Of a DNA stretch of 64,000 bases, positions 38,845-48,363 are shown one piece after another. The notes beneath the pieces were generated by a model. It searched no databases. It was not told the origin of the DNA and worked only from the letters and a program-made list of their open reading frames with translations. The position numbers were made by a program, and so were the translations under genes. How positions within the stretch are numbered: position 1 is the first letter of the stretch; every line of letters starts with the position of its first letter. The stretch comes from Patescibacteria group bacterium (lineage in GTDB: Bacteria; Patescibacteriota; Minisyncoccia; Minisyncoccales; UBA10102), in NCBI GenBank assembly GCA_024239055.1, contig JANBVJ010000001.1:368572-432571 (forward strand), read 5' to 3'.

Positions 38845-41262
38845 TTAAACTACAATATTCACCAATCGTCCTTGAACAACAACAACCCGCTTGGGTTTTT
38901 TTCCACCCACCCATTTTTTAATCTTTTCTGAATCTAATGCTAACTGCTTTGCTTCAGATTCCGTAATATCTGGGGAAACCTCAACTACATCTCTAACCTT
39001 TCCATTGACTTGAAGCACTAGCCGACTTTGAACATCCTTTACAAGGAAAGAATCATATTCTGGCCATTTTTGATTATGTATGCTTCCTTGATTCTTTAGT
39101 CTTCCCCATAACTCCTCTCCAATATAAGGGGCAAAGGGAGAAAGGAGTATAAGTAAAGTATTAAGATCTTTTTTTAGAACGGAATCCTTAGCTGAGATTG
39201 CATTTAAGTATTCCATAAGAGCTGCAATCGCAGTATTATATCTCAAATTCTCAAGGTCTAAGGTAACCTTTTTAATAGTCTTGTGTCTAATCTGCTCAAG
39301 CTCATCATTTTTTGTCTTTGGCTTTTTAGAAAAGGTTTCTGCATATTCCCATAGCCGATTGAGGAATCTTCTTATTCCAACAATCCCCTGGTCTGACCAA
39401 TCTCCGGCTTCTGATAAGGGACCCAAAAACATAAGATACATTCTCACTGTATCAGCTCCATATTTATCAAAGTATTCATCGGGGTTTACTACGTTTCCAC
39501 GGGACTTTGACATTTTTGCTCCGCCTTTTGTCAATAGACCATGAGCACGGAATTTCTTAAAGGGTTCTTCAAAATCAATGTAGCCAAGTTTATGAAGCAC
39601 CATGGTGGTAAACCGAGAATAGAGAAGATGTAAGACCGCGTGCTCTTGTCCGCCAATATACATATCTACGGGAAGCCATTTTTTAGTCAATCTCCTGTCA
39701 AAAGGTTTCTTTACATCCCCAGAAGAAGGATACCTGAGAAAGTACCAGGCAGAGTCCAAAAAAGTATCAGATACATCTGTCTCACGCTCAGCTTCCCTTT
39801 TGCATTTAGGGCACTTAGTTTTTACAAATGAAGGAACAGAAGCCAAAGGAGAAACTCCTTTTCCTCTGGGTCTAAAATCTTTCACATACGGAAGCTTAAC
39901 AGGTAAATCTTTTTCGGGTACCGGTACTGTTCCGCACTCTTTGCAATAAATAATTGGGATAGGAGGACCCCAGTATCGCTGGCGAGAGATTAGCCAGTCG
40001 CGGAGATGGTACTGCACTACCTTTTTGGCATGCTTTAATTCAATACTATGCTCTGCCACCGCATTACGTGCCTTATTATCTGACATCCCTGCAAACTTAC
40101 CAGTGGCCTCGGTCATGACTCCAGGACCTATATATGCTTCCTTGAGCTTGTCTACTGTAAGATTATTGCCTTTAGGCCGCACAACAAGAATAATAGGGAG
40201 CTTATACTGCTTGGCAAACTCAAAATCTCTTTGGTCATGCGCTGGGGCGCCTTTTATTATCCCGGTTCCGTAACCCATAACCACAAAGTTCGCAATGTAA
40301 ATAGGTATCTCTTCTCCAGTAAGAAAATTCATTGCGTTCCATCCTACGAAGAACCCTTTCTTTTTCCTCTCAATGGAAGCAGTATCCTTGAGCTTCTCTC
40401 TTCGAACCCCCTCAATAAACTTTCTCGCACCCTCCTCAACCTTTGTCCCTTTTATGAGCTTTTCAATAATCGGGTGTTCAGGAGCAATGGCAAGAAAGGT
40501 GGCTCCGTACGTAGTATGAGGCCATGTGGTAAAGGTTTCCAAGGTGAGGTTAAGACCTCCAACCTTCCATTTCTCAATCAGTCCTTCTGACTTTCCAATC
40601 CAATTTCTCTGAGCTATCTTTGTTCTTTCTGACCAGTCAATCCACTCAAGGTTTTTCAAAAGCTTGTCTGCATACTTGGTAATTCCAAAGAACCACTGCT
40701 CCATTTCTTTTTGTATAACCTCAGTATCACACCGCTCACATTTCCCATTAATCACCTGCTCATTAGCCAAAACAGTCTTACACGAAGGACACCAATCAAC
40801 AGGAGCCTTTGCTCGATATGCCAATCCTGCCTTATACAACTGCAAGAACAACCACTGAGTCCATTTGTAATATGAAGGGTGGGTAGTATCTACTTCATTC
40901 TCCCACGCAAATATGGCGCCCATGCGTTTTAACTGCCTCCTAAAGTTATTGACGTTACGCTTTATTAAAATACTAGGATGAATTCCCTGCTTAATAGCAA
41001 AGTTTTCAGAATGAATCCCAAAAGCATCAAAGCCCATGGGTTCAAAAACATCATATCCCTGCATCCTTTTGAATCTTCCGTGTATATCAGATCCAGTAAA
41101 CGCATAGACGTTTCCTACGTGTAGCCCTTCGGCAGAAGGATATGGAAACATCATCAAGTTGTAATACGGTTTTTTGGGTTTAGAAAGATTAACCTTCCAT
41201 ATTTTCTCTTTTTCCCAAAGCTTTTGTATCTTTTTCTCAACCTTCTGAGGATTGTATTGCAT
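38845..41262 (-). CDS. leuS: Leucyl-tRNA synthetase
   Basis: MQYNPQKVEKKIQKLW start (the ATG at 41262 is preferred over the track's TTG at 41268), the HIGH-region GLHVGN and KMSKSRGN. Confidence 0.95.
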   Translation of the reverse strand: MQYNPQKVEKKIQKLWEKEKIWKVNLSKPKKPYYNLMMFPYPSAEGLHVGNVYAFTGSDIHGRFKRMQGYDVFEPMGFDAFGIHSENFAIKQGIHPSILIKRNVNNFRRQLKRMGAIFAWENEVDTTHPSYYKWTQWLFLQLYKAGLAYRAKAPVDWCPSCKTVLANEQVINGKCERCDTEVIQKEMEQWFFGITKYADKLLKNLEWIDWSERTKIAQRNWIGKSEGLIEKWKVGGLNLTLETFTTWPHTTYGATFLAIAPEHPIIEKLIKGTKVEEGARKFIEGVRREKLKDTASIERKKKGFFVGWNAMNFLTGEEIPIYIANFVVMGYGTGIIKGAPAHDQRDFEFAKQYKLPIILVVRPKGNNLTVDKLKEAYIGPGVMTEATGKFAGMSDNKARNAVAEHSIELKHAKKVVQYHLRDWLISRQRYWGPPIPIIYCKECGTVPVPEKDLPVKLPYVKDFRPRGKGVSPLASVPSFVKTKCPKCKREAERETDVSDTFLDSAWYFLRYPSSGDVKKPFDRRLTKKWLPVDMYIGGQEHAVLHLLYSRFTTMVLHKLGYIDFEEPFKKFRAHGLLTKGGAKMSKSRGNVVNPDEYFDKYGADTVRMYLMFLGPLSEAGDWSDQGIVGIRRFLNRLWEYAETFSKKPKTKNDELEQIRHKTIKKVTLDLENLRYNTAIAALMEYLNAISAKDSVLKKDLNTLLILLSPFAPYIGEELWGRLKNQGSIHNQKWPEYDSFLVKDVQSRLVLQVNGKVRDVVEVSPDITESEAKQLALDSEKIKKWVGGKKPKRVVVVQGRLVNIVV

Positions 41263-41322
41263 AGTCAAAATTGTACCCTTTTGCCCTTGTTTTGTCTACG
41301 CCTAATTTAGTAAAGTATATGT

Positions 41323-42123
41323 ATGGAAATTAAAATATTTCAGCAACATATTCTTACTTGGTACAAAAAGAATCGAAGAGATCTCCCCTGGAGAAATACA
41401 AAAGATCCCTATAAAATTCTTGTGTCTGAAATTATGCTTCATCAAACCCAGGTTTCCAGGGTGTTAGAAAAGTATGAGGAGTTTCTCAAGGCATTTCCCA
41501 CTATTGAAGATTTAACCAATACTTCAGAACAAAAATTACTTTCTACATGGAAAGGACTTGGGTACTGGAAAAGGGCTTTATACCTTAAAGAAACGGCAAC
41601 AATCTTGTCCAAGAAACCATTTCCCAGAGACGCAGCTACACTCCAAAAACTTCCTGGTATTGGTCCATATACTGCACGTGCCATTGCATGCTTTGCCTTT
41701 CAGAACACAGATGCCTTTATTGATACCAATATTCGCAGAGTATATCTCCACTTCTTCTTTCAAGGAAAAGAAAATGTTTCAGATAAAGAGATTGAAAGTA
41801 TTGCTCAAAAAGCTGTATATACAGACAATCCAAGGGAATGGCATTATGCCCTCTTTGATTATGGAGCTATAAAACTAAAAGACAAAAGCATTAACAGGCA
41901 GAGCCAACACTACCACAGGCAAAGCAAATTTGAGGGATCCCTGCGGTCATTTCGCACTAAGGTCATACAGCTTCTTCTTTCTGAAACCTCAGTATCTAAC
42001 ACAGCTCTTCAAAAATTCCTTACAAAAGAACTTAAACAAACATCCTACTCTCCAAGAGAGATTATTGATTCCTTAGTAAAAGACAAGCTCATCAAGCATA
42101 AGGGAAAATACTACTCTCTCTAA
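41323..42123 (+). CDS. MutY-like HhH-GPD DNA glycosylase lacking the Fe-S cluster cysteines
   Basis: WYKKNRRDLPWR..PYKILVSEIMLHQTQV and LPGIGPYTARAIACFAF. No Cys-X6-C-X2-C-X5-C loop follows. Confidence 0.75.
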   Translation: MEIKIFQQHILTWYKKNRRDLPWRNTKDPYKILVSEIMLHQTQVSRVLEKYEEFLKAFPTIEDLTNTSEQKLLSTWKGLGYWKRALYLKETATILSKKPFPRDAATLQKLPGIGPYTARAIACFAFQNTDAFIDTNIRRVYLHFFFQGKENVSDKEIESIAQKAVYTDNPREWHYALFDYGAIKLKDKSINRQSQHYHRQSKFEGSLRSFRTKVIQLLLSETSVSNTALQKFLTKELKQTSYSPREIIDSLVKDKLIKHKGKYYSL

Positions 42124-42992
42124 AGAGAAAAGAGATTTTTGGCGTTCTGAGTAGTAGCTTTAGCTATTTCTTCAACACGAAACTTTTTAATTTCAGCCAC
42201 CCGTTCCGCAACATATCTTACGTTTAGGGGTTCATTCCTCTCTGTCAAAGATTGAGGAGGAGTAAGATATGGAGAATCAGTCTCAAGTACAATTCTTTCT
42301 AATGAAATATGCGAGATAACCTCTATAGGGTCTGGGAGAGCTGCAACATCCTTAAAGATAAGGCCATTTAGACCAATATACATTCCAAGCTCCATAAACT
42401 TGTCTGCCTGCTCTTTTGTTCCAGTGTATGAATGTATAACTCCTCTTAAAACTCCTTTATGTTGTTTTTGTATATCGCCAATAAAGGCAATTAAGTCATC
42501 ATGCGCAACTCGACAGTGAAAGATAACAGGAAGATTAAGCTCTAAAGCCAACTCTACTTGTTGCTGTAATATCTTTAGCTGATTCACCTTCATCTCCGAT
42601 CTCCTGGCTTTTCCTTTTGGCTGATAATAATAATCCAACCCTACTTCTCCTATGGCTACCGTCTTTTTGCTTTTAGCTAACAAACGATATGATTCTAAAT
42701 CAAACTCTTCGGCTCTCGTCTCAAATGTACGCCAAGATTCCTCTGAGCTCTCTTCTGACTCTACTTCTAAGGAATCCACTCGGCGTTTGCCAAGATGAAT
42801 GGGATGTATACCAACAGCCGCATATACTCCTTCTTTGTATTCCTCTGCTATTCTCACAGCTCTCTCTGAAGTAGAGAGTTGGGAACCTGGCATAATAACC
42901 CAAATATTATTTTTGAGAGTATTCTCTAAAACTTTCTTTGCATCTTCCTTAAACGCATTAAAGTTTACATGTCCATGTGTATCAATAAGCAT
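42120..42992 (-). CDS. TatD-family metal-dependent hydrolase
   Basis: MLIDTHGHVNF start and the ..GEVGLDYYY.. motif, with an acidic ~35-aa insertion. Confidence 0.85.
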   Translation of the reverse strand: MLIDTHGHVNFNAFKEDAKKVLENTLKNNIWVIMPGSQLSTSERAVRIAEEYKEGVYAAVGIHPIHLGKRRVDSLEVESEESSEESWRTFETRAEEFDLESYRLLAKSKKTVAIGEVGLDYYYQPKGKARRSEMKVNQLKILQQQVELALELNLPVIFHCRVAHDDLIAFIGDIQKQHKGVLRGVIHSYTGTKEQADKFMELGMYIGLNGLIFKDVAALPDPIEVISHISLERIVLETDSPYLTPPQSLTERNEPLNVRYVAERVAEIKKFRVEEIAKATTQNAKNLFSL

Positions 42993-43052
42993 ACTCCTTA
43001 TTGTACTGGAAAATATCCCAAAGAAAACAAGGGTTTTAAAGAATATAAGGGA

Positions 43053-44180
43053 TTAAGAGGATTGCTGTGGATTGCTCAAAAACCTCAGGAGTATCTCCTT
43101 GTGCATATCCAGGCTCTCAAGATCCACCCATTCTGCGGCCGCGTGCATATTTCCTCCAACAGCCCCAAAGATAAGACTCGGTACTCCAATCTCTCCAAAG
43201 TATCTGGCATCTGTAGCACCATGAGCAAAATCTAACGGTACATCTCTCCCACTCACCTCTTCTGCTACCTGTTTGAATCGCTGAACAAAAGGGTTACTTT
43301 CATCCACAAACAACATTGAAACCTTATCGAGTACTTGAACACTCACCTCAGGAACAAGGTTCTGTAGAGCCTCAAACAACTCATCTGGGGTAGAAGCCAA
43401 ATCCTCCGTGAATCTAACATCCAGTACTGCCCGTGCGTCTGCTGGCACCTTATTGGGAGTGAAATTCGAGGTTTCAATTAATCCAATGTTCACGGTGCTC
43501 TTCCACACTTCAGGTTCCATCTCCCCGACAAACTCCTTAATCTTCTTAACTGCCCCAATAATTATATCTATGGCGTTCTCTCCCTTCCATGGAAATGCAG
43601 CATGGGCACCTCTACCCTGGGCCGTAAGTTCAATCCATACTCCTCCTTTTTCTTTGGTGGTGAGACGCAAGATGTCTTCTGAGGGCCCATCTGCACACAG
43701 CACAAACTCAGGTCGCAGACCAATCTCACGCACTAAGTACCCTGCACCATCTTTACCCCCTACTTCCTCATCTGCGTTCAAGAGCAGAGCAACATTCGGG
43801 GGGTTCTCCTTTCTACCTAGCTCTTGCATCACAAGAATAAGAACTGCAACCATTCCTTTCATATCTACTGTTCCTCTCCCAATAGCTTTAGTCCCCATAA
43901 TCTTTAAAGTATACTGATCTTCCGTGTCTGCCGGAACCACATCAACGTGACCATTCAGCAAGATTGATGGTCGAAGTGCATCATATCCTTTTACAGATAC
44001 TAAAAGTGAATATTTACCATCCTTCTCAAACATCTTTGTCTCAAACACAGGATCGTCAAAGAAAGAAGTAATGTATGTGAACTCCTGCTGTATCACCTCT
44101 GGATTCTTTGCTGTCGTCTGAAAGGCAACAAGACTCCTTAGGATCTCTGTAATATCCTTTTTAGTAGTTGTATTGATCAT
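43053..44180 (-). CDS. M20-family metallopeptidase (ArgE/DapE/CPG2-like)
   Basis: LNGHVDVVP, GRGTVDMKG and NADEEVGG metal-ligand motifs. Confidence 0.85.
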   Translation of the reverse strand: MINTTTKKDITEILRSLVAFQTTAKNPEVIQQEFTYITSFFDDPVFETKMFEKDGKYSLLVSVKGYDALRPSILLNGHVDVVPADTEDQYTLKIMGTKAIGRGTVDMKGMVAVLILVMQELGRKENPPNVALLLNADEEVGGKDGAGYLVREIGLRPEFVLCADGPSEDILRLTTKEKGGVWIELTAQGRGAHAAFPWKGENAIDIIIGAVKKIKEFVGEMEPEVWKSTVNIGLIETSNFTPNKVPADARAVLDVRFTEDLASTPDELFEALQNLVPEVSVQVLDKVSMLFVDESNPFVQRFKQVAEEVSGRDVPLDFAHGATDARYFGEIGVPSLIFGAVGGNMHAAAEWVDLESLDMHKEILLRFLSNPQQSS

Positions 44181-44200
44181 ATTGTATGGGTATGAGGTGC

Positions 44201-44541
44201 CGGCGAGGAGAAAGATCTTCTCCCCGCCGACCCTTTATCTAACTACCAGCCTCGGCTGTAGCTGTGGAAGTGTCCCTTATCCATTAAGAGAACTCCTTTC
44301 TCAGATCACTCCAGGCTGTGATCTTCTAGTTATATGCAAGAAAGATGGACTTCATCTCCTTGGCCTGGAGAGCCTCCGGTATCGATCCCGGAGGCACTTC
44401 AACTCAAGCAGAATGAAAACCGACCCTCTGAAAGGGCCGTGGATATATAACCAAAATAGAAAGAATTACAATAACCAGCCCTTGTGCAAAGAGTGTCGCT
44501 TATGCCAAACGTGATGATGTCGGCTGGTAATAAAATTCATA
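44201..44541 (-). ncRNA. Candidate ~340-nt highly structured leader/ncRNA upstream of the M20 peptidase gene, class unknown
   Basis: The promoter TTGACA-16-TATACT lies at 44575..44548. At least six hand-folded hairpins are present, for example GCCTCCGG-GATCGATA-CCGGAGGC (44395-44372) and CGGCG..GGAGAA..TTCTCC..CGCCG (44229-44201). A long-range 8-bp pair joins TACCAGCC (44529-44522) to GGCTGGTA (44251-44244). Two stems are extended by G-U pairs possible only on the minus strand. Confidence 0.55.
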
Positions 44542-44547
44542 TGCTTT

Positions 44548-44575
44548 AGTATACGCATTCCAATATTCCTGTCAA
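44548..44575 (-). promoter_or_regulatory. Promoter TTGACA-16-TATACT driving the structured leader
   Basis: -35 at 44575..44570, -10 at 44553..44548. Confidence 0.55.
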
Positions 44576-44701
44576 GGACTTGTAAAAACTTTAATGGGGT
44601 TAATGGAGTATATACTTCTTGACTTTTTGCATATTATATGGTAAGAAAATACTCAGCGATAGGAAATACCAAGCAATACCAAACAGAATTGGAGCAAGAA
44701 G

Positions 44702-45154
44702 ATGAAAGTGAAAGCTACGGTTGCAACCGTAGACTCAATCAAGTTCCCAAAGCTCGCTCAGGCGCTTGATGACTTAGCGGCCGTATTCACTAATCTGAGG
44801 GATGAAGCTCAAGCAAAAGTGTTGGGTCCAAACATTACTGGGGTCGATAAAATGGGACCCGCGGAGCTATTCTTCCAAACATCAGACCGGATGGGCCTCA
44901 CAGAGAGTGGCCTGGGATGCGATATTCAAGTCTCAAGGGCGTCGACCAGCATACATCGAGCCCCAGCGAGTTTCTCAGATGCACTGATTGCGTTTGAAGA
45001 ACTCTGCAAAGAAAAAATAAGGGAGCACCTCCCTAGAGGGGAACGAATGCAGCTGCTCATGTCTTTTGCGGTCGATGCCGAAGTGCCCGACTCAAAAGGC
45101 AACTTCACTACCCTCCCTGAGACTGATGCTAACTGGGTAGATGGTGAAGCCTAA
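44702..45154 (+). CDS. Orphan hypothetical protein (150 aa), GC-enriched
   Basis: ORF with a GGAG SD 7 nt upstream and its own intrinsic terminator. GC is about 47-58% in hand-counted 60-nt blocks. No motif recognised. Confidence 0.6.
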   Translation: MKVKATVATVDSIKFPKLAQALDDLAAVFTNLRDEAQAKVLGPNITGVDKMGPAELFFQTSDRMGLTESGLGCDIQVSRASTSIHRAPASFSDALIAFEELCKEKIREHLPRGERMQLLMSFAVDAEVPDSKGNFTTLPETDANWVDGEA

Positions 45155-45176
45155 AACCCAAAGTGTGTTAAGCGCA

Positions 45177-45210
45177 ATAGTCCATTCCGAGTGAGTGGAC
45201 TATTTTTTTT
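45177..45210 (+). terminator. Intrinsic terminator of the 150-aa orphan
   Basis: ATAGTCCA-ttccgagtgag-TGGACTAT, followed by a T run to 45210. Confidence 0.8.
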
Positions 45211-45215
45211 GAAAC

Positions 45216-46652
45216 TTAGCTAAGTCGAGGAAAGAGAGAATCGCCCTTACCTTTCTGGAGTTGATGGATAATTTTCTCTGATGTCTCCGGAAGAAACGGC
45301 TCCAGAAACTTTGCAACATGAGATACTACAAAGAGCAAATCCCCAATCACTTCCTTTTGATTGTCTGACTCTTCCCATGGACGCTCTTTCTCAATAAGGC
45401 GATCGGCATCATGAATCAAACTCCAAACTGACTCTAAGGCCTCATGGAACTTAAAGTCTTCTAATGCTGAATCTACATCTTCCTTTACTATCTTTATTGT
45501 TTTTTTGAGCTCGGAGTTCTTTATACTCTTTGGTTCTTTTATTCCTTCCTTTTCAGCCATTGCAAGAACTCTTGAAACAAGATTACCCAATCCTCCCGCA
45601 AGGTCAGCGTTATATCGCGTCTCAAACTTCTCATAGCTAAAGTCTCCATCATCATATGCTGGTATCTCTCGCAAGAAAAAGTACCTAACCGCATCTACCC
45701 CATACTTCTCTACAAGTTCAACAGGGTCTATGACATTACCCAAGGACTTTGACATCTTCTGGCCATCTACAGTAATGTATCCATGTACAAAAATACTCTT
45801 TGGTAGGGGAAGTCCGGCAGATAAAAGAAAGGCCGGCCAGTAAATGGCATGAAAGCGAATAATACCTTTACCAATTACATGAAGGTCTGCTGGCCACCAC
45901 TTCTTATACTCTTTTTCATTAAGCCCAAACCCTACTCCTGACTGATAGATATTTAAGGCATCAAACCAGACATATATTCTCTGTGAATCATCTCCAGGAA
46001 CAGGAACTCCCCAGTTCTTTGCACGCTCATTTGTTCTTGAGATACTAATATCTTCTAAGGGCTCTTTAAGAAAAGATAAAACTTCATTCTTCCTTGAAGC
46101 AGGAATAATCTTAAATTCATCTTTCTCTATAAGTGCAATCAACTGCTTTTGATACTTTGAAAGTTTAAAAAAGTAGTTTTCTTCAGAAATTGTTTCTAAC
46201 TTCTTACCTAGATGCTCGTGACACTCTTGCTTTTTATTAAGTTCGACAAGAGTATAGAATGTCTCACATCCCACACAATATAAACCTTTATATGATGTTT
46301 TATAAATATCTCCTGCCTTATCACATAACTGCCATAATTTCTGACTAGATGTATGATGATCTGGATTACTTCCCTTTTGAAATACATCAAGTTGTACTCC
46401 TAATACTCCCGAAAGATCTGAGAATAGTTTGGTGTTCTTATTAATAAAATCCTCCACCGAAACACCAGCCTGCTCTGCTGCCTGAACATTTTTAATTGCA
46501 TTCTCGTCGCTTCCAGACAACAACAAAACCTCCTCACCCTTTTGACGGTGAGAACGTGCAATAACATCTGCCTGTATAAATTCCAAAGCATGGCCAACAT
46601 GAGGAGGCGCATTAACATATGGGATTGCTGCTGTTATATAAAACTTGTTCAT
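45216..46652 (-). CDS. metG: Methionyl-tRNA synthetase (short form)
   Basis: PYVNAPPHVGHALE (HIGH region) and KMSKSLGN. Confidence 0.95.
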   Translation of the reverse strand: MNKFYITAAIPYVNAPPHVGHALEFIQADVIARSHRQKGEEVLLLSGSDENAIKNVQAAEQAGVSVEDFINKNTKLFSDLSGVLGVQLDVFQKGSNPDHHTSSQKLWQLCDKAGDIYKTSYKGLYCVGCETFYTLVELNKKQECHEHLGKKLETISEENYFFKLSKYQKQLIALIEKDEFKIIPASRKNEVLSFLKEPLEDISISRTNERAKNWGVPVPGDDSQRIYVWFDALNIYQSGVGFGLNEKEYKKWWPADLHVIGKGIIRFHAIYWPAFLLSAGLPLPKSIFVHGYITVDGQKMSKSLGNVIDPVELVEKYGVDAVRYFFLREIPAYDDGDFSYEKFETRYNADLAGGLGNLVSRVLAMAEKEGIKEPKSIKNSELKKTIKIVKEDVDSALEDFKFHEALESVWSLIHDADRLIEKERPWEESDNQKEVIGDLLFVVSHVAKFLEPFLPETSEKIIHQLQKGKGDSLFPRLS

Positions 46653-47320
46653 TTTTCTTGAAAGATAAGTACTGTAAACTCACCCTTCACCTCTTTGTTT
46701 TGCATGTTTTTTGCCACCAGGTCAAGAGGACCTCGTATTATCTCTTCAAATTTCTTGGTTAATTCACGCCCTATAACCACCTGTAAATCCTCTCCTTTCT
46801 CAGATAACTCTCTTAGAGTTTTCTGTATACGATAAGGCGACTCAAAAAATATAACAGGATGGGGAGAGTTTATTATCTCTTCAAAAAACTTGTTTCGTTT
46901 CTTTTGCGGAACAAATCCTAAAAAGAGAAAGGAGTCTGTTGGAATGCCAGCCACCGAAACTAAAGCCGTAATTGCAGACGGACCTGGAATTGGAACAATG
47001 GCCACATCAGGTAGCTCTTTATATACCGCTTCTACAAGTTTGTTCCCCGGATCTGAAACCCCAGGGGTTCCAGCGTCTGATACCAAGGCAATATCCTTTC
47101 CTTCTTTTAATAAAGAAAGAATGCTGTTTAATTTAGACTCAGAACTATGATGATGATAACTCTCCAAAGGAGTTTTAATATCGTGCCGTACTAGTAATCG
47201 CTTGGTTACTCTTGTGTCTTCTGAAAGTATTAAATCAACCTCTTTTAAAACACGAAGAGACCTTAAGCCTACATCCTCAAGGTTTCCAATGGGGGTGGCA
47301 ACAATATAGAGCGTATTCAC
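46649..47320 (-). CDS. rsmI: 16S rRNA (cytidine1402-2'-O)-methyltransferase
   Basis: LYIVATPIGNLEDV N-terminal signature. Confidence 0.85.
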   Translation of the reverse strand: MNTLYIVATPIGNLEDVGLRSLRVLKEVDLILSEDTRVTKRLLVRHDIKTPLESYHHHSSESKLNSILSLLKEGKDIALVSDAGTPGVSDPGNKLVEAVYKELPDVAIVPIPGPSAITALVSVAGIPTDSFLFLGFVPQKKRNKFFEEIINSPHPVIFFESPYRIQKTLRELSEKGEDLQVVIGRELTKKFEEIIRGPLDLVAKNMQNKEVKGEFTVLIFQEK

Positions 47321-48360
47321 AAGACAACAGCCTTCTCTTTTTCTGCCTTTCTTTTCTCTAGAAAGTCCCGCAAGAACTCAAAGAAGATGCCAGCCAATGG
47401 AATGGCTAAAATAGCCCCCATAACTCCCCAGAGCTGACCTCCAATAGCCAAAGAGATTAAGACAACTGCCGGAGGAAGACCAATAAAACGCTTGGTGAGA
47501 ATCGGGGTTAAAATGTTGCCCTCAATCTGCTGGATTAAGATAAAGGAGATAGCCACAAAGACAGCTCTTAATACAGAATCCAAAGAAACAACAAGTATAA
47601 TAAGGGCTCCTGCAAACAGAGGTCCCACGATAGGAATGAAGTTTAAAACTCCAGAGAACATGGCAAGGGAAACAGGATACTGTACATTCAAGACCAGCAG
47701 AGCAAAGTAAGTTGCCACTCCAACGAACAAAGAACTTAATACTCTTGCGAGAAACCATCCTGAAACCTTTCTTTGAGAACGCTCCCACACATTCAAAGCA
47801 AGAGCCTCTTGCCGCTTTGGAAATAGTAGCCGGATGCTTCGCTCCATCCACTTCTCTTCAATAGAAAGAAAGATGGCAATTGAGATAACAAAGACAGTAG
47901 AGAATAATCCTCCGAATATTGCAAAGAGCGCAGAAAACACACTAGAACCCAACCCCTCTATATTCTGACCTATGGTATTCAAAAATGTCTGTGCATCAGA
48001 AAAAGCTTCAATCCCCAACCCCTCTAATGGGGAAGCTACGGTATTAAAGTACTGAGGGATGAGCTGCGAAAATCTATCAATCTCGTTGAAAAAGAACGGG
48101 GCTGTGGCAAAGATACTTAAAGCAATAAAACCAAAGATGAAAAGATATACTCCAATCACTCCAACAACACGAGGGATACGAAACCGTTGAAGCAAATCAA
48201 TTAAAGGATCGAACAGAATTGAGATGATAAATCCAAAGAGCACCCAAATTAAGATATCTTTCACTAAAAAGATTACATACAAAGCAAGTCCTGCAATTGA
48301 AATCTTAAGGATTGTACTCCACGTAATATCTAATGTTCCTTTGTTTGCAATATATGCCAT
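47317..48360 (-). CDS. AI-2E/PerM (UPF0118) family membrane transporter
   Basis: Polytopic, with the ..NFIPIVGPL.. motif typical of the family. Confidence 0.7.
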   Translation of the reverse strand: MAYIANKGTLDITWSTILKISIAGLALYVIFLVKDILIWVLFGFIISILFDPLIDLLQRFRIPRVVGVIGVYLFIFGFIALSIFATAPFFFNEIDRFSQLIPQYFNTVASPLEGLGIEAFSDAQTFLNTIGQNIEGLGSSVFSALFAIFGGLFSTVFVISIAIFLSIEEKWMERSIRLLFPKRQEALALNVWERSQRKVSGWFLARVLSSLFVGVATYFALLVLNVQYPVSLAMFSGVLNFIPIVGPLFAGALIILVVSLDSVLRAVFVAISFILIQQIEGNILTPILTKRFIGLPPAVVLISLAIGGQLWGVMGAILAIPLAGIFFEFLRDFLEKRKAEKEKAVVL

Positions 48361-48363
48361 AAG

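Noticed and set aside
44288-44316. TPP, lysine or T-box riboswitch, or a hammerhead core, in the M20 leader (CUGAGA, GGAUAA..AGGGA, AAAGGGU)
   Set aside because: Only isolated hexamers match. The obligatory partners (ACCUGAUCUGG for TPP, AGAGGNGC...ACUGUCA for lysine, UGGUACCGCG for a T-box, CUGANGA-stem-GAAA for a hammerhead) are absent.
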